A DNA stretch of 64,000 bases from Actinomycetes bacterium (GTDB lineage Bacteria > Actinomycetota > Coriobacteriia > Anaerosomatales > JAGXFU01), in contig JAGXFU010000005.1 in NCBI GenBank assembly GCA_024637115.1, positions 1-64,000 of the forward strand, in the 5' to 3' direction. Below, one piece after another: positions 29,921-40,049 of this stretch. The first letter of the stretch is position 1. The number at the start of each line of letters is the position of its first letter. Both the position numbers and the translations under genes were made by a program. The notes beneath the pieces are model-generated. The model did not search any database and was not told the origin of the DNA. It saw only the letters and a list, made by a program, of their open reading frames with translations.

Positions 29921-31864
29921 ATGCCCAACGTGACGTTTGAACCAGATGACGTCACCGTCCACGTGAAGGACGGTGAGAACCTGCTGCGTGCGGCCATGAT
30001 GGCCGACGTACTGGTCACGGCGTCCTGTGGAGGCGACGGAACCTGCGGCAAGTGCCGCATGATCGTTGAGAACGGCTCCGTTGACACACGCGGTTCATCA
30101 AAGCTCTCCAAAGCCCAGGTGGCACAGGGGTATGTCCTGGCCTGCGTTACTCGTGTGATCGGCGATGTGTCCGTCCGCATTCCTCCGGAGTCACGTCCCG
30201 GGACCGCGCCATCGCGTGCTCGTAGCGGACGCGTGGCCAACACGGTGCTCTCCGCCGACGACTGTGGCGCCCGCATCCCTCGGCGACGCGACAGTGCAGC
30301 GATCGCCAAACGTGTGGTCACCATGACGCCACCTGACCTCACGGATAATGTGAGTGATCTGACCCGGCTGGTGCAGGCCCTTCGGCGGCAGCACAAGCTG
30401 ACCGATGTGGTCATCCCGATCGAAGCCGTGAGGGCTCTTCCGCACATCGGACGTGACGGGTCATGGAGCGTCACGGCACTCTGCGCTGAGCCGATCGGCT
30501 CGGCACCCATGGTGAGCGGCTTTCAACCGGGAGATACGACGGCGGCCTCGTACGGGCTTGCGGTCGATATCGGTACGACGACCGCCGAAGTCTCGCTTGT
30601 AGACCTCAATAGCGGAGAAGTCCTCGCAAGCGCCGCCGAATACAACGCGCAGGTAGCGCGTGGCGAAGATGTGATCACGCGCGTCATCGCATCTGCTAAG
30701 GATGATGGACTCAGGGATTTGCAGCGCCTTGTTATCGAAACGATCTCAGATCTCGCACACGCTGTGTGCTCTCAAGCGAATGTCAGTACTGATGACGTCA
30801 TCACCTACATCGCAGCCGGCAACACCGTGATGACTCACCTCTTCTTGGGCGTGAGTCCCGAGCACATCCGTATGTCGCCCTACATTCCGGCTGCTGCCCG
30901 GTTTCCGTGGGTATCGGCACGTGAGCTTGGCCTGCCCGGTCACCCGGGTGCGCGCGTTGCGACCATTCCCTGTCCGGCAAGCTGGCTTGGCGGAGACATC
31001 GTTGCAGGTGTGGTTGCCTCGGGTCTGCCCTGGTCCGAGAAGCTGACGCTGTTCGTGGATATCGGAACAAACGGCGAGATCGTGCTCGGCAACAAGGACT
31101 GGCTTGTCGCATGTTCGTGCTCGGCCGGACCTGCATTCGAGGGCGGCGGAATCCTCAACGGCATGAGAGCGGCGTCGGGAGCGATCGAACAAGTGCGCAT
31201 CGACCCGACAACACTCGAACCGGTCATCCTGTCGATCGACAATGCCAAACCACTCGGCATATGTGGGAGCGGGCTCATCGATGCCGTCTCCGAGCTGTTC
31301 ATGTGCGGTGCGATCGACCGGAACGGCAAGCTTGACGCAGACCTGGACTCGCCATGGATCCGCGAGGGCGACTACGGTCTTGAGTACGTGCTCGTGGGTT
31401 CAGAAGAAAGCGGAACGGGTGACGCGATCGTGCTCACCGAGACCGACATCGAGAATCTCATTCGAGCGAAGGCCGCCATCTATGCGGGAATCTCAGTACT
31501 GGCCGAGAGTCTCGACCTCTCGCTCGATCGCGTGGACGAAGTCATCATCGCCGGTGGCTTTGGCCACTACCTGGACCTCGAGCGCGTCATGACGATCGGG
31601 ATGATTCCCGAGCTGCCCCTGGAACGCTTTTCGTTCATTGGTAATGGCTCTCTTTTGGGAGCGTGCCACGCCATACGCTCGCGGGAGATGCTCAAACGCG
31701 CTTCGAAGGTCGCCGAGACGGTGACCTATCTCGAACTCTCGGTAAACGCGGCCTTCATGGAGTCCTATATCTCGGCCTCATTCCTTCCCCACACTGACAC
31801 CACGCTATTCCCGCGCTCCGAGCAACTACTTGAGACGCACCGCATGGAAAGGGTGGGATCGTAG
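29921..31864 (+). CDS. RACo-like reductive activator of the corrinoid iron-sulfur protein (N-terminal plant-type [2Fe-2S] ferredoxin plus ASKHA ATPase domain)
   Basis: Start at the internal ATG (residue 62 of the tracked ORF). N-terminus reads TASCGGDGTCGKCRM...C; the C-terminal ~500 aa are DUF4445/ASKHA-like. Located between fhs and cooC. Confidence 0.75.
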   Translation: MPNVTFEPDDVTVHVKDGENLLRAAMMADVLVTASCGGDGTCGKCRMIVENGSVDTRGSSKLSKAQVAQGYVLACVTRVIGDVSVRIPPESRPGTAPSRARSGRVANTVLSADDCGARIPRRRDSAAIAKRVVTMTPPDLTDNVSDLTRLVQALRRQHKLTDVVIPIEAVRALPHIGRDGSWSVTALCAEPIGSAPMVSGFQPGDTTAASYGLAVDIGTTTAEVSLVDLNSGEVLASAAEYNAQVARGEDVITRVIASAKDDGLRDLQRLVIETISDLAHAVCSQANVSTDDVITYIAAGNTVMTHLFLGVSPEHIRMSPYIPAAARFPWVSARELGLPGHPGARVATIPCPASWLGGDIVAGVVASGLPWSEKLTLFVDIGTNGEIVLGNKDWLVACSCSAGPAFEGGGILNGMRAASGAIEQVRIDPTTLEPVILSIDNAKPLGICGSGLIDAVSELFMCGAIDRNGKLDADLDSPWIREGDYGLEYVLVGSEESGTGDAIVLTETDIENLIRAKAAIYAGISVLAESLDLSLDRVDEVIIAGGFGHYLDLERVMTIGMIPELPLERFSFIGNGSLLGACHAIRSREMLKRASKVAETVTYLELSVNAAFMESYISASFLPHTDTTLFPRSEQLLETHRMERVGS

Positions 31865-31866
31865 AG

Positions 31867-32646
31867 ATGGCCTTCACATTCGCCCTCGCCGGCAAAGGCG
31901 GAACGGGAAAGACGACGACAGCGGCTCTGGTGGTGCGCGCTCTGTACGAGCAGGGAGCCGGCACGGTGCTCGCGGTGGATGCCGACCCCAATGCGTGCCT
32001 CCACGAATCCCTTGGCGTAACAGTCGAGCGCTCAGTTGGCGAGATCACCGAGGAGATGCTGAATTCAACCGAGGCAACACCCGGCGGGATGAGCAAGAAC
32101 GCCTGGCTCGAATACAACGTGCAGCGCTTCGTGGTCGAAGAGCGCGAGTTCGACCTGCTCTCCATGGGTCGACCGGAGGGTGCGGGCTGCTACTGCTATG
32201 CGAACAACCTGATTCGGGGCTGCCTCAACGACCTGTCACGCGCCTACGACTACATCGTCATGGACAACGAGGCCGGCCTTGAGCACCTCTCACGCCGTAC
32301 CACGCGCGACGTTGACGCGCTCCTCATCGTGTCCGACCCAAGCGTTCGCGGGATTCGCACGGCCGAGCGGCTCAATGCGCTCGCCGATGAACTGGAGATC
32401 GAGATCGGCGAGCGCTACCTCGTAATCGACAGATCCTCAGATGATCTCGACCCGGCGTTGATGAACGCTATCAAAGAAGCAGGCCTCAAGCTTTTGGGAA
32501 CGGTACCCGAAGACCCCGGCGTCATCTCATGTGATCTCACCGGACAGGGACTGTTCGACCTGGACAACGACTCCCCGGCCCTCGAGGCCGTTCGGACCAT
32601 GGTAGCGACGGTCATTCAGGCTGCGGCCGCTCCAGCCAGCGAATAG
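31867..32646 (+). CDS. cooC: CooC/AcsF-type Ni-insertion ATPase (MinD family)
   Basis: Deviant Walker A GKGGTGKTT and a Ni-binding C-x-C motif (GCYCY), 259 aa. Confidence 0.85.
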   Translation: MAFTFALAGKGGTGKTTTAALVVRALYEQGAGTVLAVDADPNACLHESLGVTVERSVGEITEEMLNSTEATPGGMSKNAWLEYNVQRFVVEEREFDLLSMGRPEGAGCYCYANNLIRGCLNDLSRAYDYIVMDNEAGLEHLSRRTTRDVDALLIVSDPSVRGIRTAERLNALADELEIEIGERYLVIDRSSDDLDPALMNAIKEAGLKLLGTVPEDPGVISCDLTGQGLFDLDNDSPALEAVRTMVATVIQAAAAPASE

Positions 32647-32676
32647 CACGCACGTCCACAGCTCATGGAGGTACAG

Positions 32677-33528
32677 ATGACGGCAACTCTCATCGACGGC
32701 AAAGCCATCGCAGCAAAGAAGCGCACGGAGATCGCGGCCGATGTGGCGACGCTCAAGGCGCAGGGTATCGAGCCCGGTCTCGCGGTAGTGATCGTGGGCG
32801 ATGACCCTGCGTCGGAAGTCTACGTGCGCAACAAGCACAAGGCGTGCGACGAAGTCGGCATTCGCTCCTTCAAGCATGAGCTGCCAGCGGACACCACGGA
32901 GAGTGCCCTCCTCGCGCTCGTTGGTGAACTCAACGCCGATGCGGCAGTGCATGGCGTCCTGGTTCAGCTGCCTCTGCCCGACCATATCAATGAAGAAAAC
33001 GTGCTTGACGCCATCAGTCCGGATAAGGACGTCGACGGCTTCCATCCGGTCAACGTGGGGCGCATGGTCGTTGGCAAGGAATCCTTTCTGCCCTGCACTC
33101 CCCACGCCTGTATGGTTCTGCTCGAAGAGGCCGGAGTAGACCTCGAAGGCAAGGAAGCCGTTGTCGTGGGTCGCAGCAATATCGTAGGAAAGCCGGTAGC
33201 GCATCTGCTGCTCGACAAGAATGCCACGGTGACGATCTGCCACAGCCGCACCCGGGACCTACCCGGCGTCGTTCGGCGAGCCGATGTGGTCGTGGTCGGC
33301 GTAGGGCGTCCCGAAATGGTCAAGGGTGACTGGATCAAGCCTGGTGCTGTCGTTATCGACGTTGGTATCAACCGCACGGATCACGGCCTCGTTGGCGATG
33401 TCGAGTTCAGCACAGCCGTCGAACGCGCGTCCGCGATAACCCCCGTGCCTGGCGGAGTCGGTCCTATGACCATCGCCATGCTCATGCTCAATACGCTCGT
33501 ATCCGCCCGCCGCCACGCCGGCATCTAG
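32677..33528 (+). CDS. folD: Bifunctional methylene-THF dehydrogenase / methenyl-THF cyclohydrolase
   Basis: Start at the second ATG, which has GGAGGT 6 nt upstream ([12 protein letters not shown]...). Motifs are Rossmann [10 protein letters not shown] plus PGGVGPMT. Confidence 0.9.
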   Translation: MTATLIDGKAIAAKKRTEIAADVATLKAQGIEPGLAVVIVGDDPASEVYVRNKHKACDEVGIRSFKHELPADTTESALLALVGELNADAAVHGVLVQLPLPDHINEENVLDAISPDKDVDGFHPVNVGRMVVGKESFLPCTPHACMVLLEEAGVDLEGKEAVVVGRSNIVGKPVAHLLLDKNATVTICHSRTRDLPGVVRRADVVVVGVGRPEMVKGDWIKPGAVVIDVGINRTDHGLVGDVEFSTAVERASAITPVPGGVGPMTIAMLMLNTLVSARRHAGI

Positions 33529-33546
33529 CCGAGGAGGAATCTGATC

Positions 33547-34494
33547 ATGTCGTTCACGGAACCTGTGAAGAAGACGAACGGAACGATCCGAGAAGTAACG
33601 CTCGGCAGCGGCGATGGTGCGTACGTCGTTGGTGGCGAGACGGCCTTGCCGTTCCACACCTTCGAAGGCACCATGCCGCACAAACCTGCAATTGCGATGG
33701 AAGTGTTCGACGTGGCGCCCGAGGGATGGCCCGCACCACTGGTGGACGCTCTCGGCGACGTACTTGCAGATCCCGTGGCCTGGGCGCGAGCCTGCGTTGA
33801 TACATACGGCGCGGACATGATCTGTGTACAGCTCGCCTCGACAGACCCGCACGGCAACGACGCCGACCCTGAACAGGCTGCTGCGACCGTCCGGGCAGTC
33901 GTTGACGCGGTAGACGTCCCCGTTGTGGTCTACGGAACCGGCAATGCAGAAAAGGACACCGAGGTTCTCAAGAAGGTCGCCGAGACGGTGACCGACACGG
34001 TTCTGGGACTCGGTCCTGCAACTGAGGACAACTACAAGGCCATTACGGCAGCAGCTCTCGGCTACGGACACGTTGTGATCATGGAATCGCCGATCGATGT
34101 GAACATGGCCAAGCAGCTCAACATCCTCGCAACTCAGATGGGTCTGCCCGCTGACCGCATCCTCATTGACCCGTCTATCGGGGCCGTTGGTTACGGCATC
34201 GAGTACGCGTACACGGTCATGGAGCGTTTGCGCCTTGCTGCGCTGAATCAGAACGATTCGATGACCCAGATGCCCATGATCTGCAATCTGGGCAAAGAGG
34301 CATGGCGTGCCAAAGAAGCGCGCGTGGGACTCGACGAAGAGCCCACCTGGGGCGACCACGCCAAGCGCGGGGTGCTGTGGGAAGCCACGACTGCCATTTC
34401 ATTGACCATGTCCGGCGCTGATGTCCTTGTCATGCGTCACCCCGAGGCCGTGCGCCTCGTGCGAACCGCGATCGACGAACTGGCCGCCGGCTAG
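33547..34494 (+). CDS. acsD: Corrinoid iron-sulfur protein small subunit (CFeSP delta, AcsD)
   Basis: 315-aa TIM-barrel pterin-binding-like protein. Sits between folD and cooS as in acetogen acs operons. Confidence 0.8.
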   Translation: MSFTEPVKKTNGTIREVTLGSGDGAYVVGGETALPFHTFEGTMPHKPAIAMEVFDVAPEGWPAPLVDALGDVLADPVAWARACVDTYGADMICVQLASTDPHGNDADPEQAAATVRAVVDAVDVPVVVYGTGNAEKDTEVLKKVAETVTDTVLGLGPATEDNYKAITAAALGYGHVVIMESPIDVNMAKQLNILATQMGLPADRILIDPSIGAVGYGIEYAYTVMERLRLAALNQNDSMTQMPMICNLGKEAWRAKEARVGLDEEPTWGDHAKRGVLWEATTAISLTMSGADVLVMRHPEAVRLVRTAIDELAAG

Positions 34495-34525
34495 ATCGGC
34501 ACACCAGCGAAACGAGGTGCACCAA

Positions 34526-36475
34526 ATGAGTGACGACAAGAAGCGAACATTCGACCCGGATGTGGTGAGCATCGATCCAACCGCAGCTGAGATGCTCAAG
34601 ATCGCAGAAGACTGCGAGATCAGCACCGTCTTCCAGCGTGCAGACTCGATCAAGCCATGCTCGACCGGCGCGGGTGGCGGTTGCTGCAAACTCTGCGCGA
34701 TGGGTCCCTGCCGGTTGATCGGCAAGCACGACCGGGGCGTATGCGGGGCTGACAGAGAGACGGTAGCTGCACGTAACTTCCTTCGGCAGGTAGCCGCGGG
34801 AGCCGCGGCGCACTCCGACCACGGTCGCGACGTCGCGCTCACGCTCAGGGCTATTGCGTCAGGCGAGGTTGAGGACGGCACGATCGCCGACACCGTCAAG
34901 CTGGCCAAGGTCGCGGGGTACATGGGCATCGACGTTGCCGGAAAAGATGCCAACACGCTCGCTGTTGAAGTCGCCGACTGCGCGCTTGCACAGTTTGGGC
35001 AGCAGACCGGCGAACTCGTCTACATCGGCAGAGCCCCCGAGAAGCGCCAGGAGCTGTGGCGCTCCCTTGGCGTTGTCCCCCGCGGAATCGACCGCGAGGT
35101 CGTTGAAGCGATGCATCGCACCCATGCGGGTACCGACCAGAACTACAAGACGCTCCTCGACGGGGCCATCAAGTGCTCCCTCGCCAGTGGCTGGGGCGGC
35201 TCGATGCTGGCCACGGACCTCCAGGACATCCTCTACGGAACACCCACGCCGGTGCGTTCCTCGGCAAATCTCGGCGTGCTCTCCGAGGATAAGGTCAACA
35301 TCCTCATCCACGGGCATGAACCACTGCTTGCATCGATGATCCTCGATGCCACGAGCGAGCCCGAGATGCTCGAACTCGCGAAGTCACTCGGCGCTACCGG
35401 TATCAACGTGGCCGGTATCTGCTGCACGGCCAACGAATCGCTCATGCGCAAGGGAGTGCCGCCGGCCGGCAACATGCTGCATCAGGAACTCGCGATACTC
35501 ACGGGTGCCGTTGAGGCCATGGTCGTTGACGTCCAGTGCATCTTCCAGGGACTCACGGAGGTCGCCGACCACTTCCACACCAAACTCATCTCCTCGAGCC
35601 CCAAAGCATGCGTGGGTGATTCCGAGCAGATCGTGGTCGACGAACACCGTCCGCGCGAAGCGGCGCGTCAGATCGTTCGCTCCGCAGTCGAGAACTTCGC
35701 AAACCGCAAAGAGGTCCACATCCCGAACGTCTCCGAACCACTCGTGGCCGGCTTCAGCCACGAGTACATCCGCTATATGCTCGGCGGCACCATGCGCGCC
35801 TCCCTCACTCCACTCAACGAGAACATCGTCAACGGACGCATTCGCGGCGTGGCGGCCGTCGTGGGGTGCTCGAGCCCGCGTTCGGTGCAGGATTACGCGG
35901 TCGTCAACGTAGTACGTGAACTCATCGCGAACAACGTGCTTGTCGTTGTGACCGGGTGCGCCGCGATCACCAGCGGCAAGCACGGGCTCCTCACACCGGA
36001 AACCATGGCGTTCGCCGGTGAATCGCTTGCTGAGATATGCGAGACGATCGGTATCCCGCCCGTGCTCCACATGGGCTCATGCGTGGACAACTCGCGCATT
36101 CTCACGGTCCTCACTGACATGGCCGCTACCGGCGGGCTCGGCGACGACATCGCCGGACTCCCCGCTGTGGCGCTCTCGCCTGAATGGTTCAGCGAGAAAG
36201 CACTCGAGATCGCAACCTACGCCGCAGGCAGCGGTGCACACGTCATCTTTGGCGGCGTCGGCTCACCGGTTGCCAACAGCGAGGTGGTCTCCACCTACAT
36301 GATCGATGGGTGGACGGAGCGATATGGCGGCAGCTTGAGATTCATCAAGGAGCCGCAAGACATGGTCGTTGCGACCCTCGACTTGATCGACAACGCCCGC
36401 AAAGCACTCAAGATCGACGTGGCCGCCGAGCGCGTCCTCTTCGATATGGATATGAGGAGGGAGCTCAGTGTCTAA
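34526..36475 (+). CDS. acsA: Ni-CO dehydrogenase catalytic subunit (CooS/AcsA)
   Basis: Start at the internal ATG (residue 36), preceded by GAGGTG. Cys clusters CSTGAGGGCC...CAMGPCR for the B/D clusters and C-cluster ligands downstream, 649 aa. Confidence 0.9.
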   Translation: MSDDKKRTFDPDVVSIDPTAAEMLKIAEDCEISTVFQRADSIKPCSTGAGGGCCKLCAMGPCRLIGKHDRGVCGADRETVAARNFLRQVAAGAAAHSDHGRDVALTLRAIASGEVEDGTIADTVKLAKVAGYMGIDVAGKDANTLAVEVADCALAQFGQQTGELVYIGRAPEKRQELWRSLGVVPRGIDREVVEAMHRTHAGTDQNYKTLLDGAIKCSLASGWGGSMLATDLQDILYGTPTPVRSSANLGVLSEDKVNILIHGHEPLLASMILDATSEPEMLELAKSLGATGINVAGICCTANESLMRKGVPPAGNMLHQELAILTGAVEAMVVDVQCIFQGLTEVADHFHTKLISSSPKACVGDSEQIVVDEHRPREAARQIVRSAVENFANRKEVHIPNVSEPLVAGFSHEYIRYMLGGTMRASLTPLNENIVNGRIRGVAAVVGCSSPRSVQDYAVVNVVRELIANNVLVVVTGCAAITSGKHGLLTPETMAFAGESLAEICETIGIPPVLHMGSCVDNSRILTVLTDMAATGGLGDDIAGLPAVALSPEWFSEKALEIATYAAGSGAHVIFGGVGSPVANSEVVSTYMIDGWTERYGGSLRFIKEPQDMVVATLDLIDNARKALKIDVAAERVLFDMDMRRELSV

Positions 36476-38651
36476 GATCATCGCCTCCGCCGCGATCCGC
36501 GGCGCACACAGCATCTTTGGCAAGACAACGGAGAAGCTCGCTCGCGCCAAGGAGAGCTTTGGCTCCGAACACGCGATCGAGCTTCCCAATACCGGCTACT
36601 ACCTGCCGGTGATATACGGTCTCACCGGGGAGAAGGTCGAGAAACTCTCCGACATGGACCGCGTCCTGACGTATGCGCAGGAATTGCTTCCGGAGGTTCC
36701 CTCGGAACATCTGTGGCTTCCCTATCTTGGGACCACGCTCGACGCGGGCATCGCAACGCTCCTTACCGAGGAGTGCCACGAAGCGCTCAACTACCTCGAC
36801 AATGACCCAACGCCCGTGACCGATCTCTGGCTCGGTGCCGCCGACGACGTGATCATGCGCGCAAAAGGCGTGGAGTTCGTGGACGGTTCAGCGCCGGGCT
36901 TTGCCGCAGTCGTTGGGGCAGCCCCGGATAGCGAGACCGCGGTGCGACTTGCCCGTGAGATGCAGGAGAAGATGCTCTACGTCTTCATGGCAGGCCACGA
37001 CAACGGTGTCTCCTTCGGCGAGCAGCTCGAGACCGAGGGCATCCAGCTTGGCTGGGATACACGCTTGGTTCCCTTTGGCAAAGAGGTCTACAGCCAGATC
37101 TACTCGATCGGATTCGCCACACGAGCGGCAATGGCGTTCGGCGGTGTGCAGCCCGGCGACTACGAGCGCATCCTGGCGTACAACAAAAGTCGCGTCTTTG
37201 CATTCGTACTCGCGCTCGGTGAGGTCACCGACGAGTGGTATGCGACTGCGGCGGGTGCTATCAGCTACGGCTTCCCGACCATCGCAACCAGCGACATTCC
37301 ACAGATTCTCCCCACGGGAGTCTGCACCTACGAGCACGTGGTCTCCAACATCACGTGCGGCGAACTCGTGCAGAAGGCGATCGAGGTTCGCGGGCTCAAG
37401 ATCAAAGTGACAGAGCTACCGATTCCCGTCGCCTACGGTCCTGCGTTCGAGGGCGAGCGTGTCCGCAAAGAGGACACCCATGCAGAAGCGGGTGGCCAAA
37501 AGAGCGAGGCGTTTGAATGGCTTCGCACGCTCGATGCTGCCGACATCACAGACGGCAAAGTCGAAGTCGTTGGCCCTGAACTCGATGAGATAGAAGAGGG
37601 CTCGCTCATTCCCCTCGCCATCGTCGTCGACGTTGCCGGTCGCAAGATGCAGTCGGACTTCGAAGCGGTCGTGGAACGTCAGTTCCATCACCTGATGAAC
37701 TTCGCCGAGGGCGTACTGCACATGGGTCAACGTGACCTGATTTGGATACGCATCTCCAAGGCCGCAGTATCCAAGGGCTTTAGGCTGCATCACCTCGGCG
37801 ACATCCTTCACGCAAAGATCCTCGACCAGTTTGAGGCCATCGTGGACAAGGTTCAGGTCACCATCTACACCGACGCAGAGAAGGTCACTGAGATCCGCCA
37901 GAAGGCTCTGCTGACCTATGCGCAGCGCGACGAGCGCATGGCAGGACTCACCGATGACACCGTTGACACGTTCTATTCATGCTCACTGTGCCAGAGCTTT
38001 GCGCCATCGCACGTATGCGTGGTCACGCCTGAGAGATTGGGGCTCTGCGGAGCCTACAACTGGCTCGATGCCAAAGCGTCGAATGAGCTCAATCCTTCGG
38101 GCCCGAACCAGCCGATCGCAAAGGGAGCCTGTCTCAACGAACTGAGCGGCGAGTGGGCGGGCGTCAATACGTTCATCGAACAGACTTCCGGCGGAGCGGT
38201 CGAGCGCATGACCTGCTACTCGCTCATGGACAATCCCATGACATCGTGCGGCTGCTTCATGGTCATCATCGCCCTCATGCCCATGTGCAACGGAGTCATG
38301 CTTGTGAATCGCGAGTACCCCGGAATGACTCCATCGGGAATGAAATTCTCCACGCTCGCCGGCATGGTCGGCGGCGGCGTCCAGGCACCCGGATTCATGG
38401 GGATCGGACGCGGCTACATCTCAAGCAAGAAGTTCATGTCCGCCGAGGGTGGCCTGGCCAGGGTCGTTTGGATGCCCAAGGAGCTCAAGGACGCGATGCG
38501 CGCATCGCTCGCCGATCGCCTCGACGAGATGGGTGACCCCGGTTTCCTCGACAAGATCGCCGACGAATCGGTCGGAGAAACAGAAGATGCCGTGCTCGAG
38601 TTCATTTCGAATAACGGCCACCCTGCCCTGACCATGGATCCGATCTTCTAG
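36468..38651 (+). CDS. acsB: Acetyl-CoA synthase (A-cluster subunit AcsB)
   Basis: 727 aa with A-cluster Cys-Gly-Cys (SCGCF) and [4Fe-4S] cysteines (CSLC...C...C). Overlaps the cooS stop by 8 nt. Confidence 0.9.
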   Translation: MSKIIASAAIRGAHSIFGKTTEKLARAKESFGSEHAIELPNTGYYLPVIYGLTGEKVEKLSDMDRVLTYAQELLPEVPSEHLWLPYLGTTLDAGIATLLTEECHEALNYLDNDPTPVTDLWLGAADDVIMRAKGVEFVDGSAPGFAAVVGAAPDSETAVRLAREMQEKMLYVFMAGHDNGVSFGEQLETEGIQLGWDTRLVPFGKEVYSQIYSIGFATRAAMAFGGVQPGDYERILAYNKSRVFAFVLALGEVTDEWYATAAGAISYGFPTIATSDIPQILPTGVCTYEHVVSNITCGELVQKAIEVRGLKIKVTELPIPVAYGPAFEGERVRKEDTHAEAGGQKSEAFEWLRTLDAADITDGKVEVVGPELDEIEEGSLIPLAIVVDVAGRKMQSDFEAVVERQFHHLMNFAEGVLHMGQRDLIWIRISKAAVSKGFRLHHLGDILHAKILDQFEAIVDKVQVTIYTDAEKVTEIRQKALLTYAQRDERMAGLTDDTVDTFYSCSLCQSFAPSHVCVVTPERLGLCGAYNWLDAKASNELNPSGPNQPIAKGACLNELSGEWAGVNTFIEQTSGGAVERMTCYSLMDNPMTSCGCFMVIIALMPMCNGVMLVNREYPGMTPSGMKFSTLAGMVGGGVQAPGFMGIGRGYISSKKFMSAEGGLARVVWMPKELKDAMRASLADRLDEMGDPGFLDKIADESVGETEDAVLEFISNNGHPALTMDPIF

Positions 38652-38677
38652 ACGGACTCGATCAAGGAGACATACAG

Positions 38678-40018
38678 ATGGCTCTCAGTGGACTCGACAT
38701 ATTCAAGCTTCTTCCAAAGACGAACTGCGGTGATTGCGGTATTCCCACCTGTCTCGCGTTTGCAATGAAGCTCGCGCAGGGAGGGGCAGAACTCGACCAA
38801 TGTCCGCATGTGTCCGAAGAATCGAAGACGGCTCTCGGCGCAGCAGCCCAACCGCCTATGCGCGGCGTCACCGTTGGAACCGGCAACGACGCCTTCACGG
38901 TGGGTGATGAAACGGTCCTGTTCCGTCACGACAAGACATTCGTCAATCCAAGTGCGCTCGGCGTCATGGTCTCTGCCGATGCAACAGACATCGACGAGGT
39001 CGTTGATGCAGCCAATGCCGCGAACTTCGAACGCGTCCAACAGACGCTTGCGTGCGGCTTTGTCGCCGTGAAGTCCGCCGGGGACGCACCCGGATTCAAA
39101 GCAGCCGTGGAACGGGTCGCATCAAGGACATCGCTCCCCCTTGTTCTTATGGCCGAGACTTCGGCTGAGATGGAAGCAGCGCTCCAGGCAGTCGCAGATC
39201 GCAAGCCCCTGATCCATGCGGCCACGCAGTCCAACGCCGACGCGATGATCGCCCTGGCACAAGAACACTCATGCCCGCTCGTTGTCCGCGCCCGTGGCCT
39301 GGAAGCAGTGGCTGCTCTCACTGAAAAGGCTGCAGCAGCCGGTCTCAAGGATCTCGTCATCGACACCATGCCTGCTACGGCCGGAGAAGCGTTGCGGGAC
39401 AACGTGTTCGCCCGCAGAGCCGCCCTTGAGCAGAAGTATGCCGCTCTCGGCTACCCCATCATCACCTTCCCGGGAGAGCGTTCAGGCGGAGATGAACTGC
39501 TTGAGGTCACGTACGCCGCAGTGGACATGCTCAAGTACGGCAGCATCATCGTGCTCTCCACCGCAGACGCGTGGGCAATGCTCCCGCTCCTAGTGCTGCG
39601 TCAGAACATCTTCACTGACCCGCAGCGGCCTATGCAGGCCGAAGCCAAGATCTACGAGATCGGCAACCCCGGACCTGACTCCCCGTTCTTTGTCACGACC
39701 AACTTCTCACTCACATACTTCATCGTCAGCTCGGAGATCGAGTCCGGAAAGGTCGGTGCATACCTGGGCATCGTTGAATCAGAGGGACTCTCAGTCCTTA
39801 CCGCCTGGGCTGCCGGCAAGTTCGTGCCCGAACGCATCGCAAAGTTCGTGAACGACTCGGGTATGGCCGAGAAGCTAACCAATCGCGAGGTCATCATCCC
39901 GGGAGCGGTTGCTCAAATCAGCGGCGAGTTGGGCGAGGAGCTCGATGGATGGAACGTCGTGGTCGGCCCGTACGAAGCCGCCGAGATACCCGCATTTGTG
40001 AAGCAGCGGGCCAGCTAG
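38678..40018 (+). CDS. acsC: Corrinoid iron-sulfur protein large subunit (CFeSP gamma, AcsC)
   Basis: N-terminal [4Fe-4S] motif CGDCGIPTC, followed by TIM-barrel and Rossmann-like B12-binding domains, 446 aa. Confidence 0.9.
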   Translation: MALSGLDIFKLLPKTNCGDCGIPTCLAFAMKLAQGGAELDQCPHVSEESKTALGAAAQPPMRGVTVGTGNDAFTVGDETVLFRHDKTFVNPSALGVMVSADATDIDEVVDAANAANFERVQQTLACGFVAVKSAGDAPGFKAAVERVASRTSLPLVLMAETSAEMEAALQAVADRKPLIHAATQSNADAMIALAQEHSCPLVVRARGLEAVAALTEKAAAAGLKDLVIDTMPATAGEALRDNVFARRAALEQKYAALGYPIITFPGERSGGDELLEVTYAAVDMLKYGSIIVLSTADAWAMLPLLVLRQNIFTDPQRPMQAEAKIYEIGNPGPDSPFFVTTNFSLTYFIVSSEIESGKVGAYLGIVESEGLSVLTAWAAGKFVPERIAKFVNDSGMAEKLTNREVIIPGAVAQISGELGEELDGWNVVVGPYEAAEIPAFVKQRAS

Positions 40019-40049
40019 GACCCTCGGGTCCAGGGAAGCGGCACACACC

